Source: Candidatus Borrarchaeum weybense (GTDB lineage: Archaea; Asgardarchaeota; Sifarchaeia; Borrarchaeales; Borrarchaeaceae). Taken from it: a stretch of 64,000 bases of DNA. The stretch covers positions 32,001 through 96,000 of the forward strand of contig JAHQJS010000003.1 of NCBI GenBank assembly GCA_019057385.1, read 5' to 3'. The notes below the pieces were generated by a model. The model was not told where the DNA came from and did not search any database. It saw only the letters and a program-made list of their open reading frames with translations. This document shows positions 21,582 to 31,612 of this stretch, in pieces. The position numbers were made by a program, and so were the translations under genes. The stretch's first letter is position 1. Every line of letters begins with the position of its first letter.

Positions 21582-21815
21582 GTCAACTACCCCACCCTAA
21601 AGGGTAGAGGCTTGTGAAAATCAAGCCTCTTAGTTGATTAGAGGGCTTCCGTTTATTAGGGGAAGCAGCAGTTGTTTAGGTTATGACACCCTGGGGTGTT
21701 CCACTAGCCCCTTGCTCTGTCGTCCGCTGATTATAAGTCCTGAGGGGTAGGGACGGTGTCACGGGCATGAAAGCCTTTACAACAGCCTCGAAGTGGACCA
21801 ACCTACTTTAAAGCA
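21582..21815 (+). ncRNA. IscB omegaRNA (HEARO-like) scaffold; guide expected just upstream (~21560-21581)
   Basis: GC-rich structured leader starting GTCAACTACCCCACCCTAAAGGG directly upstream of iscB; TATA-like TTTATAAAA at 21530; 3' end approximate. Confidence 0.75.
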
Positions 21816-21836
21816 ATTTAAAGGAGACGATAGGTC

Positions 21837-23039
21837 TTGAGAGTACCTATCTACGTGTTAAACATGAGAGGGCAACCGCTTATGCCAACCACTCAAAAAA
21901 AAGGAAAAAAATTATTAAGAGAGGGTAAGGCAAAGGTTGTAAAACGATGTCCTTTTACTATTCAATTAACCTATGCAACTGGAGAGGCAAGACAGCCTAT
22001 TAAACTAGGAGTGGACATAGGATATACGAACATTGGCTTTAGTGCAACAACAAAAAGGTTAGAGGTTATAAGCGGAACTTTAACACTTCGCAAAGACATT
22101 TCCAAAAAGATAGATGAACGACGAAGGTATCGTAGAACTCGTAGAGGCAGATTGTGGTATAGAAAACCGCGTTTTTTTAATAGGAAAAAGGACGAAGGAT
22201 GGATAGCCCATAGTACTCATCACAGGTTAGCTTCTCATCTTAGCCTAGTTAAAAAACTTAAGTCTTTACTGCCGATAACCTTCAAAAGAATCGAGGTCAG
22301 CAATTTAGATACACAAAAAATGCAGAATCCTGAAATTACAGGAATGGAATATCAACAGGGCGAACTTCAGGGCTACGAAGTTAAAGAATACCTTTTAGAG
22401 AAATGGGGGCGTACATGTGCCTATTGTGGCAGATCAGGCGTTCCCTTAGAAGTAGAGCATATTATCCCTTCTAGTAGAGGTGGAACAGATCGCGTGTCGA
22501 ATTTGACGATCTCATGTAGAGCCTGCAATGTAAAGAAGGGAGATCAGACTGCCGAGGAGTTTGGATACCCTGTCATCCAGCAACAGGCAAAGCAGCCTCT
22601 TAAAGCAGCTGCATGTCTGAACAACATTCGTTGGAGGATAGTGGAGCAGTTAGGAGCAGAACATACTTACGGATACATTACCAAATACCAGCGTAACAAG
22701 TTAGATCTGGAAAAGTCTCATGTTAATGACGCGTTCGTAATCTCAAGCGGCACCAATCAAGAACGATGTCGTCCTTATCAAGTAATTCAAGTTAAGAGGA
22801 GAAACCGTTCCTTACAATTGAACCGTAAAGGCTTCAAACCGTCAATTAGGAGACAACGATACCATTTACAACCCCACGATCTAGTAAAATTTGATGGTAG
22901 CACTTATAAAGTAAAGGGAGTCCATTGTTATGGAACACGGGTTATATTAAAAAATGTGAAGGGACAAGACAAGAGTGTAGTGATCACCAAAGTGGAATTA
23001 GTTAAATACGGAAAAGGATTATTATTCAACTTATGTTAG
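21837..23039 (+). CDS. iscB: IscB RNA-guided endonuclease
   Basis: PLMP, RuvC-I LGVDIG, Arg-rich bridge helix, HNH CAYCG...EHIIPSSRGG...NLTISCRACN, RuvC-III SHVNDA. Confidence 0.93.
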   Translation: MRVPIYVLNMRGQPLMPTTQKKGKKLLREGKAKVVKRCPFTIQLTYATGEARQPIKLGVDIGYTNIGFSATTKRLEVISGTLTLRKDISKKIDERRRYRRTRRGRLWYRKPRFFNRKKDEGWIAHSTHHRLASHLSLVKKLKSLLPITFKRIEVSNLDTQKMQNPEITGMEYQQGELQGYEVKEYLLEKWGRTCAYCGRSGVPLEVEHIIPSSRGGTDRVSNLTISCRACNVKKGDQTAEEFGYPVIQQQAKQPLKAAACLNNIRWRIVEQLGAEHTYGYITKYQRNKLDLEKSHVNDAFVISSGTNQERCRPYQVIQVKRRNRSLQLNRKGFKPSIRRQRYHLQPHDLVKFDGSTYKVKGVHCYGTRVILKNVKGQDKSVVITKVELVKYGKGLLFNLC

Positions 23040-23097
23040 GCTAAACGCCTCTTTCCTGCCCATCCTAATAGGGAAAGAGCTTACAAAAGCGGGAGTA

Positions 23098-24081
23098 GTG
23101 AACTTAATGTTCGGCAATCGCTCTGAGCTCGCTCAATACGTGCAAAAACTGTTTGTTCAAAAAAAGTTTGCTATCAGTGGACAGTGTAATCTTAAATCTG
23201 CCTGTTTTGATTTTTTTGCCCGAAAGGATGTAATATTATGGCTTATTAAAGTGTTAATCAATATCGACAGTCTACAACAGTATCATGCAGATGAATTGAA
23301 ACTTCTGGGTAACTTATTTTCAGGAACACCTTTACTTGTTGGAGAAAAAACGCACAGAGAACTATTAGAAGATGGTGTGGTGTACAATAGATATTCAGTT
23401 CCTGCAGTGAACCCACCTACCTTAGCGTCTATTCTATTTCATGAATTCTTTCCAAAAGTATTTGCAAAACGTGGTGGCCTTTATGCTAGAATTCTTGGAG
23501 AAACCTTAAGAGAAAGAAGAGAAGAAGAGAATTTATCACGGGCTCAACTTGCAGAAAAAGTTGGTGTTTCAGAACGCTGCATTTACGAGTATGAACGTGG
23601 AACAATGGATGCTAGTAAAGAAAACCTTCTGCGACTAGAAAAAATTCTTGATACCGACTTAAGTTTACCAATTGATCTTTTAGAGTATGATTTCGGCAAT
23701 ATAAAACAACATACTCCAGCAAAGATTGATGATTTTGAACAAAATATCCAAGAAAAATTACTAGAAATAGGTTTTGATGTTTTCTGGACGGAATGTACGC
23801 CATTTAACGCTATCACAAAAGAAAAAGAAACAGAAAATGAGACTCAAAAGTTAATTATTGCTGGTGTAGGACATAAATCCGAAAAAAACATCAAAAAGAG
23901 AGTTCAAATAACAGGAAGCATTTCTGATATCACGAGAAAAATTGCAATGTTTGTGTTGGAGGGGTCATCAACCAAAAATATCGAAGGCGTACCAATTATG
24001 AGACTCAAAGAATTATCAAAATTTGAGACTCCAAATGAATTAAAAAGAACGATTAAGAAGCGTAAGGGTAGTTCTAGTTAG
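23098..24081 (+). CDS. Conserved archaeal XRE-HTH transcriptional regulator (COG1395-like)
   Basis: FDFFAR, KVLINIDS, LEDGVVYNRY, HTH LSRAQLAEKVGVSERCIYEYERG. Confidence 0.8.
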   Translation: MNLMFGNRSELAQYVQKLFVQKKFAISGQCNLKSACFDFFARKDVILWLIKVLINIDSLQQYHADELKLLGNLFSGTPLLVGEKTHRELLEDGVVYNRYSVPAVNPPTLASILFHEFFPKVFAKRGGLYARILGETLRERREEENLSRAQLAEKVGVSERCIYEYERGTMDASKENLLRLEKILDTDLSLPIDLLEYDFGNIKQHTPAKIDDFEQNIQEKLLEIGFDVFWTECTPFNAITKEKETENETQKLIIAGVGHKSEKNIKKRVQITGSISDITRKIAMFVLEGSSTKNIEGVPIMRLKELSKFETPNELKRTIKKRKGSSS

Positions 24082-24761
24082 CGTTCTCCTCGAACATCAA
24101 AAAATTGTGTAATTTTTGCATTTTTTTGCAAATCTCTCATCTTAACAAATGTGTGCCAGCTTTTTCGTACGAAAAAAGGAATATTTCTATTTTTTATCCA
24201 ATCTTTCAAGGAACTTATAGTTTGTGGGTCAGAAGGATATCCGCTTCCTATATCCTGAAACTTAGATTCCTTTCTCAGTGCTTCTATAGCGCGGTCTCTT
24301 GTTACTTTAGCAATAATTGATGCGGCAGCTACCATTGGGTACAATTCATCAGCTTTGTTCTCAGCAATTATTGTAGTGTTTTTGTAAACGAGATGTTGTT
24401 TTAACATCTCCGTGAATTTCTTAGGGTTAGATGTGATAGCATCAATATATACCATTGAAGGTTTTAGAGCGTCAATTATCTCGCCCATTTTTTGTATTTC
24501 GAGCAGATTTAAGTTCGATTTAATATCGAAAACTGAATCATCTATCTCCCGAGGTTCGACCTCTATAATCTTGCATTCTTTACACAAATTCATGATTTCA
24601 GGAAACAATGCTTCTCTTTTCTTAGGCGTCAGTTTTTTTGAGTCTTTTACACCTATATTGATAAGTTCATTTATGTCAGTTTTTTTAAAAGATACTCCAG
24701 CAATAACTAAATTCCCTAGAACCGCCCCTCTACCAGCCTCATCAATTCCAAGGATTTTCAC
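24078..24761 (-). CDS. rnhB: Ribonuclease HII
   Basis: GIDEAGRG, DSKKL, AASIIAKVTRD, GSGYPSDP, C-terminal PIP box; start taken at GTG 24761. Confidence 0.92.
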   Translation of the reverse strand: MKILGIDEAGRGAVLGNLVIAGVSFKKTDINELINIGVKDSKKLTPKKREALFPEIMNLCKECKIIEVEPREIDDSVFDIKSNLNLLEIQKMGEIIDALKPSMVYIDAITSNPKKFTEMLKQHLVYKNTTIIAENKADELYPMVAAASIIAKVTRDRAIEALRKESKFQDIGSGYPSDPQTISSLKDWIKNRNIPFFVRKSWHTFVKMRDLQKNAKITQFFDVRGER

Positions 24762-24837
24762 TGGACCATCTTGAGGAAGAGTACTAAGAGGCGTATTGAG
24801 GTGAAAGTGAGAACTTTTACCTGTAATACACTTTGAG

Positions 24838-25299
24838 TTAGATGGTGCTAGCGCCGGCGCTAAATCCGATCGTAAAAAGTGTTTTAAATTTTTTCCTAAA
24901 CGCACGCAAATCCGCCCAATAGAAATACTTTGGAAGATCAAGATTAAATATTTTATACTGATTGATGGGATCGTCAATTAAGTCAATGAGTTTTCGAGCT
25001 ACTAAATTTTCAAGTTTTCCTCCATTAAGAACAAAAATAGATTTCCCGAGATCAGTACGACGAATAAAAAGAAATGGCAACCTCAGCTGAGAATGAAACT
25101 CTTCTGGTAATTGTGATTTTAATTCTGCTAACTCATTTTTGTTAAAGATGAATTTCGTCCCATCTTTCGTCAAAACAGAGGGTTTGTCTTCTTTTAAAAG
25201 TGTATCAAGAGTCTTAAATTGTCGTGGTAGATGATTATTTATTTTTGCGATGTCTAATTTGAATAAAATATCTATGGACTTCTTGGGAGTTGATTTCAC
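24838..25299 (-). CDS. DUF61-like conserved archaeal protein
   Basis: INNHLP...TLDTLLKE...KDG...LRLP pattern. Confidence 0.65.
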   Translation of the reverse strand: MKSTPKKSIDILFKLDIAKINNHLPRQFKTLDTLLKEDKPSVLTKDGTKFIFNKNELAELKSQLPEEFHSQLRLPFLFIRRTDLGKSIFVLNGGKLENLVARKLIDLIDDPINQYKIFNLDLPKYFYWADLRAFRKKFKTLFTIGFSAGASTI

Positions 25300-25400
25300 C
25301 TTTTGTCACTGCCTTGACATAGAAAATTAAGACTCGTATTAAAATAAATAAGATGTTAATTAAACAAATTTAAGGAAAGAATAGTTATTTTTATTAAAAA

Positions 25401-25562
25401 TTAACGTGCCTGACCAACTTCGCGCCCTTTTACATATCGTTTAAGATAATTTTTCTTATTTCGCATTCTCGGTATTGCTGAATGTCTCTCTTTACCCTTA
25501 ACCTTTGGTGTCTGGGAGCGAACCTTACCTGCTTTGGTCAATGAACCATGTGAACCTGGCAT
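25401..25562 (-). CDS. rps30e: Ribosomal protein S30e
   Basis: Manual translation [21 protein letters not shown]...; 53 aa, below ORF-track cutoff. Confidence 0.93.
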   Translation of the reverse strand: MPGSHGSLTKAGKVRSQTPKVKGKERHSAIPRMRNKKNYLKRYVKGREVGQAR

Positions 25563-25690
25563 TTCTTATTCACCTCACTACTCAATCTGTACGTGAGATT
25601 TATAAATTTATGCTTACTGCTTACCACGGTTGTTGAGGAAATACTTCGCAAGTTTCCATTTTCTTGCGTTCTAAGAAAGGAGGTTTTTTA

Positions 25691-25843
25691 ATGGAAGTTA
25701 AATTACAAGTAAACGATGACGTAATAAAACTTCATCCGTTTGTTAAAGCAGTCTTTCGTAGTGTCGTATTTAGTCTTATTAACGAGTTAAGGGATATACC
25801 TGAAACCATTCGAGAAGTGCAACTATCTATAAAAGCAGACTAG
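25691..25843 (+). CDS. Small protein (50 aa)
   Basis: SD AAGGAGGT; MEVKLQVNDDVIKLHPFVKAVFRSVVFSLINELR... Confidence 0.6.
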   Translation: MEVKLQVNDDVIKLHPFVKAVFRSVVFSLINELRDIPETIREVQLSIKAD

Positions 25844-25898
25844 ATGCATTTCACAATATTTGCACTTGTATTTTCTAAAATACATTCTTGTCCATGCA

Positions 25899-26828
25899 TT
25901 AGATAAGTTTCTTGAGGAGTTCATTATAGGCTTCCTGATATAATGGTGTTTCCACTCCTAATTCCTTGCCAGTTTTTACAATATAACCAGCAAATGTCTC
26001 AATTTCTGTTGTTTTTCTTCCACTTTCGAAATCTCTTTGCATCGAAGTTTTTGTCTCATATGGAAAGCCGGACGCCTTCTCCAAGGACAATGGAATGATA
26101 TCCTCCGGTAAAAATATTCCTCTCTTTTTGGCAATTAAATTAACTTCTTCCATAAGCCCTTTCAACATTTGCTTGTTATTTTCATTTTCAATAATTGCAC
26201 CAAGAGGTTTTCGTAACAATGAGTCGATTGTTGCCAGCGGACCAATAAAAATGTACTTAGTCCAAACTTGGACTGAGATGTCGGCAGTTAACTCTGCCCT
26301 TATATCGGCATTCCTTAATATTTCCTCAATATACCGATATTTTTCGGGATCGTTGTTTTCAGGTCCAAATATCAATTTTCGGGGACCACCAATTTGTCTT
26401 ATGACACCAGGCGCCTGAATGGTAGAACTAATGTATACGCATCCATTCAGCACCGTGCTCCTTGTTAGTATAGTTCTTAATCTATCTGTGTTATCGACTC
26501 CATTGAGGATGGTAATAGCTACAGTTTTTTCGTGGATATTGTCTATTAGTTGTTGTGCTGCAGATTCAAGATCATAAGTCTTTACACAGAAGAGCACAAG
26601 ATCTACTAATCCTAGATCTTTTGGATCATCTGTTGCAGTAGTAGGTATCGCTGTAAATTCCCCCTCTTCCTGAGTTATCACTTTGAGTCCATTTTTCCTG
26701 ATTTCGGCTAAATGTTCGCCACGAGCTACGAAAAAAATATCATGTTCACCTGTGCTGCCATATTTCTGTGCTAGCTTCCCTCCATAATATCCTCCCACTC
26801 CTCCTATACCAATAATCGCTATCTTCAT
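25899..26828 (-). CDS. panE: Ketopantoate reductase
   Basis: GIGGVGG, CVKTYD, LNGVD, WTK, SMQRD, TEIE. Confidence 0.88.
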   Translation of the reverse strand: MKIAIIGIGGVGGYYGGKLAQKYGSTGEHDIFFVARGEHLAEIRKNGLKVITQEEGEFTAIPTTATDDPKDLGLVDLVLFCVKTYDLESAAQQLIDNIHEKTVAITILNGVDNTDRLRTILTRSTVLNGCVYISSTIQAPGVIRQIGGPRKLIFGPENNDPEKYRYIEEILRNADIRAELTADISVQVWTKYIFIGPLATIDSLLRKPLGAIIENENNKQMLKGLMEEVNLIAKKRGIFLPEDIIPLSLEKASGFPYETKTSMQRDFESGRKTTEIETFAGYIVKTGKELGVETPLYQEAYNELLKKLI

Positions 26829-26887
26829 GAACTTCCCTCCTATTGTCTTATCTCAAATAATCTGTTCTTGTTGCGACAAAACTTGTT

Positions 26888-27544
26888 TTAGGAAATAAGT
26901 TGACCGATCACCATACAGTGATCTTTATCAAAAGGTTTCAGACTTTCAATGTTCTCTTCCACTACGAAACCACTTTTTTTAAGAATATCAATTTCCTCTG
27001 AGAATATCTTAGATATCTCTTTGGAGGAATCTATACTTCTTGCTTTAATAGCCAGCATCGCAAAACCTCTTTTTTTAAGAAAAAGTTTTGCATTATCAAC
27101 TAAAATGATCGCCTGAGCAGGCTGGGCAACATCTTGATAAATCACATCTACAGGTCCAATAAACATCCTGTAAGTTTCTGGAAACCTCGCATCCGCTAAT
27201 ATTGGAATCATATTGGATCTGTTTTCACATACTCGTAACAAATCTCTCGTCGCACGAGGGGAAAATTCTACACAGTACACTATACCCTCTTGTCCTAAAA
27301 TATCTGAAACATGACTAGCTGTTGTGCCTGATGCAGCTCCCAAGTAAAGTACATGCATTTTTGGTTGGATAGGGATTTGTTTTAACCCTTTTCGAATAGC
27401 TGCAGCAAATTTACTACGATACGGATCCCATTCGCGAAATTCTTCCCCTTCGAATTGAAGTAAACGCTCCCCGTAGACGGTTTTCCCCGGAGCTAGATTC
27501 TTTGTTGCGATCCTTTTTTCTATAAAATGAATATTTTCGTTCAT
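26888..27544 (-). CDS. flpA: Fibrillarin
   Basis: VYGE, WDPYRSK, VLYLGAASGTTASHVSD, DVAQP. Confidence 0.95.
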   Translation of the reverse strand: MNENIHFIEKRIATKNLAPGKTVYGERLLQFEGEEFREWDPYRSKFAAAIRKGLKQIPIQPKMHVLYLGAASGTTASHVSDILGQEGIVYCVEFSPRATRDLLRVCENRSNMIPILADARFPETYRMFIGPVDVIYQDVAQPAQAIILVDNAKLFLKKRGFAMLAIKARSIDSSKEISKIFSEEIDILKKSGFVVEENIESLKPFDKDHCMVIGQLIS

Positions 27545-27546
27545 AT

Positions 27547-28800
27547 TTACCCCTCAGGCGGTTTTTTCTTCTCGTGCATTCTCTTTCCCTTGCCTTTCTT
27601 TTTCTTCTTCTTTTTCTTTTTCTTTTTTGCTTTTACTTCTTTTCTTACAGGTGGAGAGGGATATTTTTTCTCAATCTCTTCAATACGCTTCATAATTTCG
27701 ATAACTAATTCGTCTCCAATAAACTCGCCTGCGTAAGCATCTACTCTTGCTGCTATCGTTAGCTTTCCAGCTATCGCTCTTGCTATTTTACCTCGCAACC
27801 ACCACTTAGCATTGTGAATCTCAGGTTTCTGAAATAATACACCATGTTTCGGAGGTTTACTCCCAGTTTTAATGGCTCTAAATAGTGCTTTCTCCGCACC
27901 TAGGACTTGAACTGTGCTAGCGGGAAGACGTGCTAGTTCAAGAAGACCTCCTGCAATGCTAATAATTCGAGCCCCTAGTAGTGCGCCGACTATTGCAGTC
28001 ACATTTGGCGCAACTTCACGCATTGTAGTTTCAATATAGTGCTCACTTTCTTTCCTGACTTTGTATAAGTCATCTGTAATTCGTGCAAACTTAACAAGCG
28101 ATTCTAGATCTGCTTCATCCATTTCTGCTCCAATTGAGTTTTTAACATAACCCTCTATCTCTTTTGCCTTGTCTAAAGGTACGCCTGTTATTCTTTGAAT
28201 TTCCGAAACTAAAAAGCGATCGCGTGGACCCAATGCTCCTACTAATCCAACATATATTTCGTGATTTTCGACTTTATCCAATTCTGGAAAATGAAGACCA
28301 TACCATTCTCGGATTCGAGTTGAGAATAAATTTAACGTTTGATCGATATCATCTATAGCTTTAATCGCTTGTGCAACCATTTTATCTCTTCGTTCAGAGG
28401 CACGCTTTATCTTCTTTTGTGATTGCAGCAAACCTACTGATTGTAATATAAACTGGAAGTTATTGATCCCTTCTTCTTTTGCTATACTGAAGGACTGTTC
28501 ACGAAAATTTTTGAATATTGAATTTCCTTTTTCAGTTAACGTTTGAATATCAAATTGCTCCTGAATATTCCTTGCTAGTTTTTCGTCTTCAAGGACGATT
28601 TCTTGAACCTCTTTTTGCTTTAGTACACCTAGAACATCTTTTAATTCGTCAATAAGTTGTCCTGATTGAAGAAGTTCAATTTTTTCTACAATTTTCTCTG
28701 GCGTACTTGGAAAAAGCGCACGATAAATAATTTCGCTATTCTCATCGACCCCATAGATTCCTGCAACATTCTCCACAATATATGCACGTATTGATGTCAT
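27547..28800 (-). CDS. nop5: Nop5/Nop56 box C/D RNP protein
   Basis: EWYGLHFPEL, STVQVLGAEKALF, PKHG, GKIAR, Lys-rich tail. Confidence 0.95.
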   Translation of the reverse strand: MTSIRAYIVENVAGIYGVDENSEIIYRALFPSTPEKIVEKIELLQSGQLIDELKDVLGVLKQKEVQEIVLEDEKLARNIQEQFDIQTLTEKGNSIFKNFREQSFSIAKEEGINNFQFILQSVGLLQSQKKIKRASERRDKMVAQAIKAIDDIDQTLNLFSTRIREWYGLHFPELDKVENHEIYVGLVGALGPRDRFLVSEIQRITGVPLDKAKEIEGYVKNSIGAEMDEADLESLVKFARITDDLYKVRKESEHYIETTMREVAPNVTAIVGALLGARIISIAGGLLELARLPASTVQVLGAEKALFRAIKTGSKPPKHGVLFQKPEIHNAKWWLRGKIARAIAGKLTIAARVDAYAGEFIGDELVIEIMKRIEEIEKKYPSPPVRKEVKAKKKKKKKKKKKGKGKRMHEKKKPPEG

Positions 28801-29089
28801 TCAGATCCCATCTTCTATTATTAAGTTTTTAAGAACTTAATAGAATATCACGTATCTTTTGTATCTACTGGATTTTATTTCTCACGAGAAAATAAGGGTT
28901 TTTTCACCATTTTAATGTTTTTCCAAAAACTTATTTATCCTTTTAGAAAGCAATACTTGTTTATAATTCGAGAGAATAAATTATCTTATTCTAAATTATA
29001 TTTCACAATAGTGGGAGCGTAAAATATTTCTAGAAATTTGATTTCAAGAAATGTGTAGATACTCAAATGCGTTAAGAAGGAACTAATAA

Positions 29090-30445
29090 ATGATAGTCAC
29101 AGATTTGGTAAATTTAGCAAAAAAATCGGTCAAAATATTTAACGAACATGTTATTAAGGAAAACCTAGAACCACCAATGAGAGCCTATATTAGAGAATTT
29201 CCTACTAAATTTGAATTAACCGAATCAGGACACAGTTGTGGATTTTCAGGAGAAATAGTTCATAAACCGGACTGGTCTATGATAATATTTAATTTCATAG
29301 ACAAAATCAAAAAAAAGCCAGCCTTCGCACAACTTGCTCAATCAATTGCAGCAAGATATAAAAAGAACATCCAAGATCTGGCCGAAGGGTGCAATGAGTT
29401 AGCACAAGTCACTTTTTGGTTGGAGCGATTTATTCAGAAGATAATTTATAATAATTTAGATAAAGAACTTTCAGAAAATCAAATTATAGAATATGCTGTA
29501 TTGTTTAATTCTGATCTTGAATTAAATCCTTCAGAATATAATTACACTTTCTATTTAAACGGTATTTTCTTAGAATGTGAATCGGTAAAGATTAATGATA
29601 ACGTAATCATTAGAAAACCGCAAAAAGAGGATTTTGAATATACTAGAGATATTTTCTTCGATATTCCAAGACATCATCATATTAGAATTCCTTCATCAAT
29701 ACTGGAAATGAATATGATCGCTAAAGATAACAAAGAATGTAGAGCCTACGCCAATAGAATACTTAACGCATTAAGGCTATATAAACTGGGTTCAATTTAC
29801 CCTATTAATCAGATTGAAACTAGAAAGTCTATCATTTGGGGAGGTTCTCAAATAAGTTGGAATGGAAATTATACTTCCATCAAAAATTATACTGTAAATG
29901 AAACTGAACTTAAAGATTTTATTGATATTGTTATTGAAATTGAACAGAAATTGAATTTTAACAAAAAAGAAAAGAAAAATTGGGGGCTCCTTATTTCTCT
30001 TGAAAGATACAACTCTGCTCTTCTAGAATCTTTAGATATTGATCGAAAAGTAATGACTACAATTATGGGATTAGAATCTTTATTTTCTCTTGAAAAGGAT
30101 AGGGGCGAAAATGCGTATAAATTGGGCGTTAGAGTTGCGAAGTTACTCGGATTTATGAGACCGGATATTGAAGAAGTAAGAACATTGATAGAAAGTGGGT
30201 ATAAATTCAGAAATGATGTTGTTCACGGTATGTATATTAAACAAAACCAAAGAGAGAAAATGGAAAAAAACCTCCTGAAACTTCTCGACTATCTAAGAAT
30301 GTCTTTAATATTTTTTCTGATAAATCAACAACAAGGAAAAAATAAGTTAGTTGACATAATCGATAAATCACTAATAAGCGACAATTATGGCGAACAACTG
30401 AAAAGATTATTTCAAAACGGTATTATTATCTGTCCAAACATGTAG
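29090..30445 (+). CDS. ApeA/HEPN-like protein (putative RNase, defence cargo)
   Basis: C-terminal GLESLF...YKFRNDVVHG (RxxxxH); AT-rich island. Confidence 0.65.
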   Translation: MIVTDLVNLAKKSVKIFNEHVIKENLEPPMRAYIREFPTKFELTESGHSCGFSGEIVHKPDWSMIIFNFIDKIKKKPAFAQLAQSIAARYKKNIQDLAEGCNELAQVTFWLERFIQKIIYNNLDKELSENQIIEYAVLFNSDLELNPSEYNYTFYLNGIFLECESVKINDNVIIRKPQKEDFEYTRDIFFDIPRHHHIRIPSSILEMNMIAKDNKECRAYANRILNALRLYKLGSIYPINQIETRKSIIWGGSQISWNGNYTSIKNYTVNETELKDFIDIVIEIEQKLNFNKKEKKNWGLLISLERYNSALLESLDIDRKVMTTIMGLESLFSLEKDRGENAYKLGVRVAKLLGFMRPDIEEVRTLIESGYKFRNDVVHGMYIKQNQREKMEKNLLKLLDYLRMSLIFFLINQQQGKNKLVDIIDKSLISDNYGEQLKRLFQNGIIICPNM

Positions 30446-30550
30446 AAATCTCTAATAGATGAGTTTGAGTTATCTTAAATTTCAAACGACTCAGTTGAGC
30501 AAAAATAGATAATAATTAGTATAGATGTTTAAAATAAGTTAGTGGTATGA

Positions 30551-31612
30551 ATGGTATCTAAGATTAATCACTTTACCGATGCAGGAGAACTGTTTAGAAG
30601 ATTGGATACAATAGAAAGATTCCCAAATGTGCCTATTAAAACGGTATTGTTCATCTATGATTTCAGGTACAAATTATTAGACATCTTAGATAGAATAACA
30701 CCCCAGGAATATCAAAAATCGTCTTATAAAATTAAATTTGAAAACGATGATGTTGTCTTGTTAGATGTGAAGATCGTAAAAGATTTAGATATAATTTCAA
30801 GTGATAGGAGAAAAGTATTTCTTATAATAGATAAGAATAAGCCATTTTGTATTTTGATTACAAATTCTGAGGGAAATTATTTCAAAAAAGTATTATCATT
30901 TTTCAATAAACATTATCCGCTATTATCAAGAATTTTTTTACGCTCAAATGAAATAAAAGACTTATTAAACTATCTAGAGGAAAAAGAAGAAGCGAAGTTG
31001 ACCGTTTTAAGTTATGTTGTTAAAAGATACTATGTAAGGCCAGAGACAAGAATTGCCTATGAGAAAATCAGTTTTAGAGAAGTCTTTGATAAGGCATCAG
31101 ATGATTTTCTTTGGGTAGATAGTATTTATTTAGCAATTGAAAAAAGATCCAAGAGTAAAATTAGGATAAATAGACGAGGAGTCATATCATATTATAGGAA
31201 TTTAGATTATTCAAATATTCATTTGATTCTTATCTCTCAAATTCTTATTAAATACTCAAAAATATATACAAGTATCCTAATGGAAAGATCGAGAAGTCTT
31301 GAAAATTTAGAACCCCGACCAGTAAGGTTTTTTATAAACGAAGACGTCTTCAATTCATCAGAAGATATCGATAGGTTCTTAGAAGCTTTGCATAAATATT
31401 TGCTTAATTGGGGATATTCAACATTATTTAAAGAAAGAAACTACCTTTATCTCATACTTCACGATTATCAAACAGGTTCAAGTTACGATATTTTGATCAG
31501 TTCTCCTTATGAAATATTTGTTACTCCACAAACTCAAGTTACGAGCATTTCTTTTGGCGCTCTAGTCAACTTTCTTGTTGATAATTATGATGGAGTTGTT
31601 GAAAATGTCTAA
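30551..31612 (+). CDS. Hypothetical protein, coupled to the next gene
   Basis: 353-aa ORF in island. Confidence 0.7.
   Translation: MVSKINHFTDAGELFRRLDTIERFPNVPIKTVLFIYDFRYKLLDILDRITPQEYQKSSYKIKFENDDVVLLDVKIVKDLDIISSDRRKVFLIIDKNKPFCILITNSEGNYFKKVLSFFNKHYPLLSRIFLRSNEIKDLLNYLEEKEEAKLTVLSYVVKRYYVRPETRIAYEKISFREVFDKASDDFLWVDSIYLAIEKRSKSKIRINRRGVISYYRNLDYSNIHLILISQILIKYSKIYTSILMERSRSLENLEPRPVRFFINEDVFNSSEDIDRFLEALHKYLLNWGYSTLFKERNYLYLILHDYQTGSSYDILISSPYEIFVTPQTQVTSISFGALVNFLVDNYDGVVENV

Larger units (their letters stand above)
21582..23085 (+). mobile_element. Non-autonomous IS200/IS605-superfamily IscB element
   Basis: omegaRNA + iscB + right-end hairpin CTCTTTCC/GGAAAGAG (23049-23079); no tnpA; ends approximate. 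Confidence 0.7.

Noticed and set aside
24762-24977. N-terminal extension of RNase HII in the ORF track
   Set aside because: Overlaps the DUF61-like gene; the catalytic domain begins at VKILGIDEAG.
27590-27630. TTC/TTT simple repeat (also 55440-55462)
   Set aside because: Encodes the Lys-rich tail of Nop5 and the poly-Glu of the Lrp protein.
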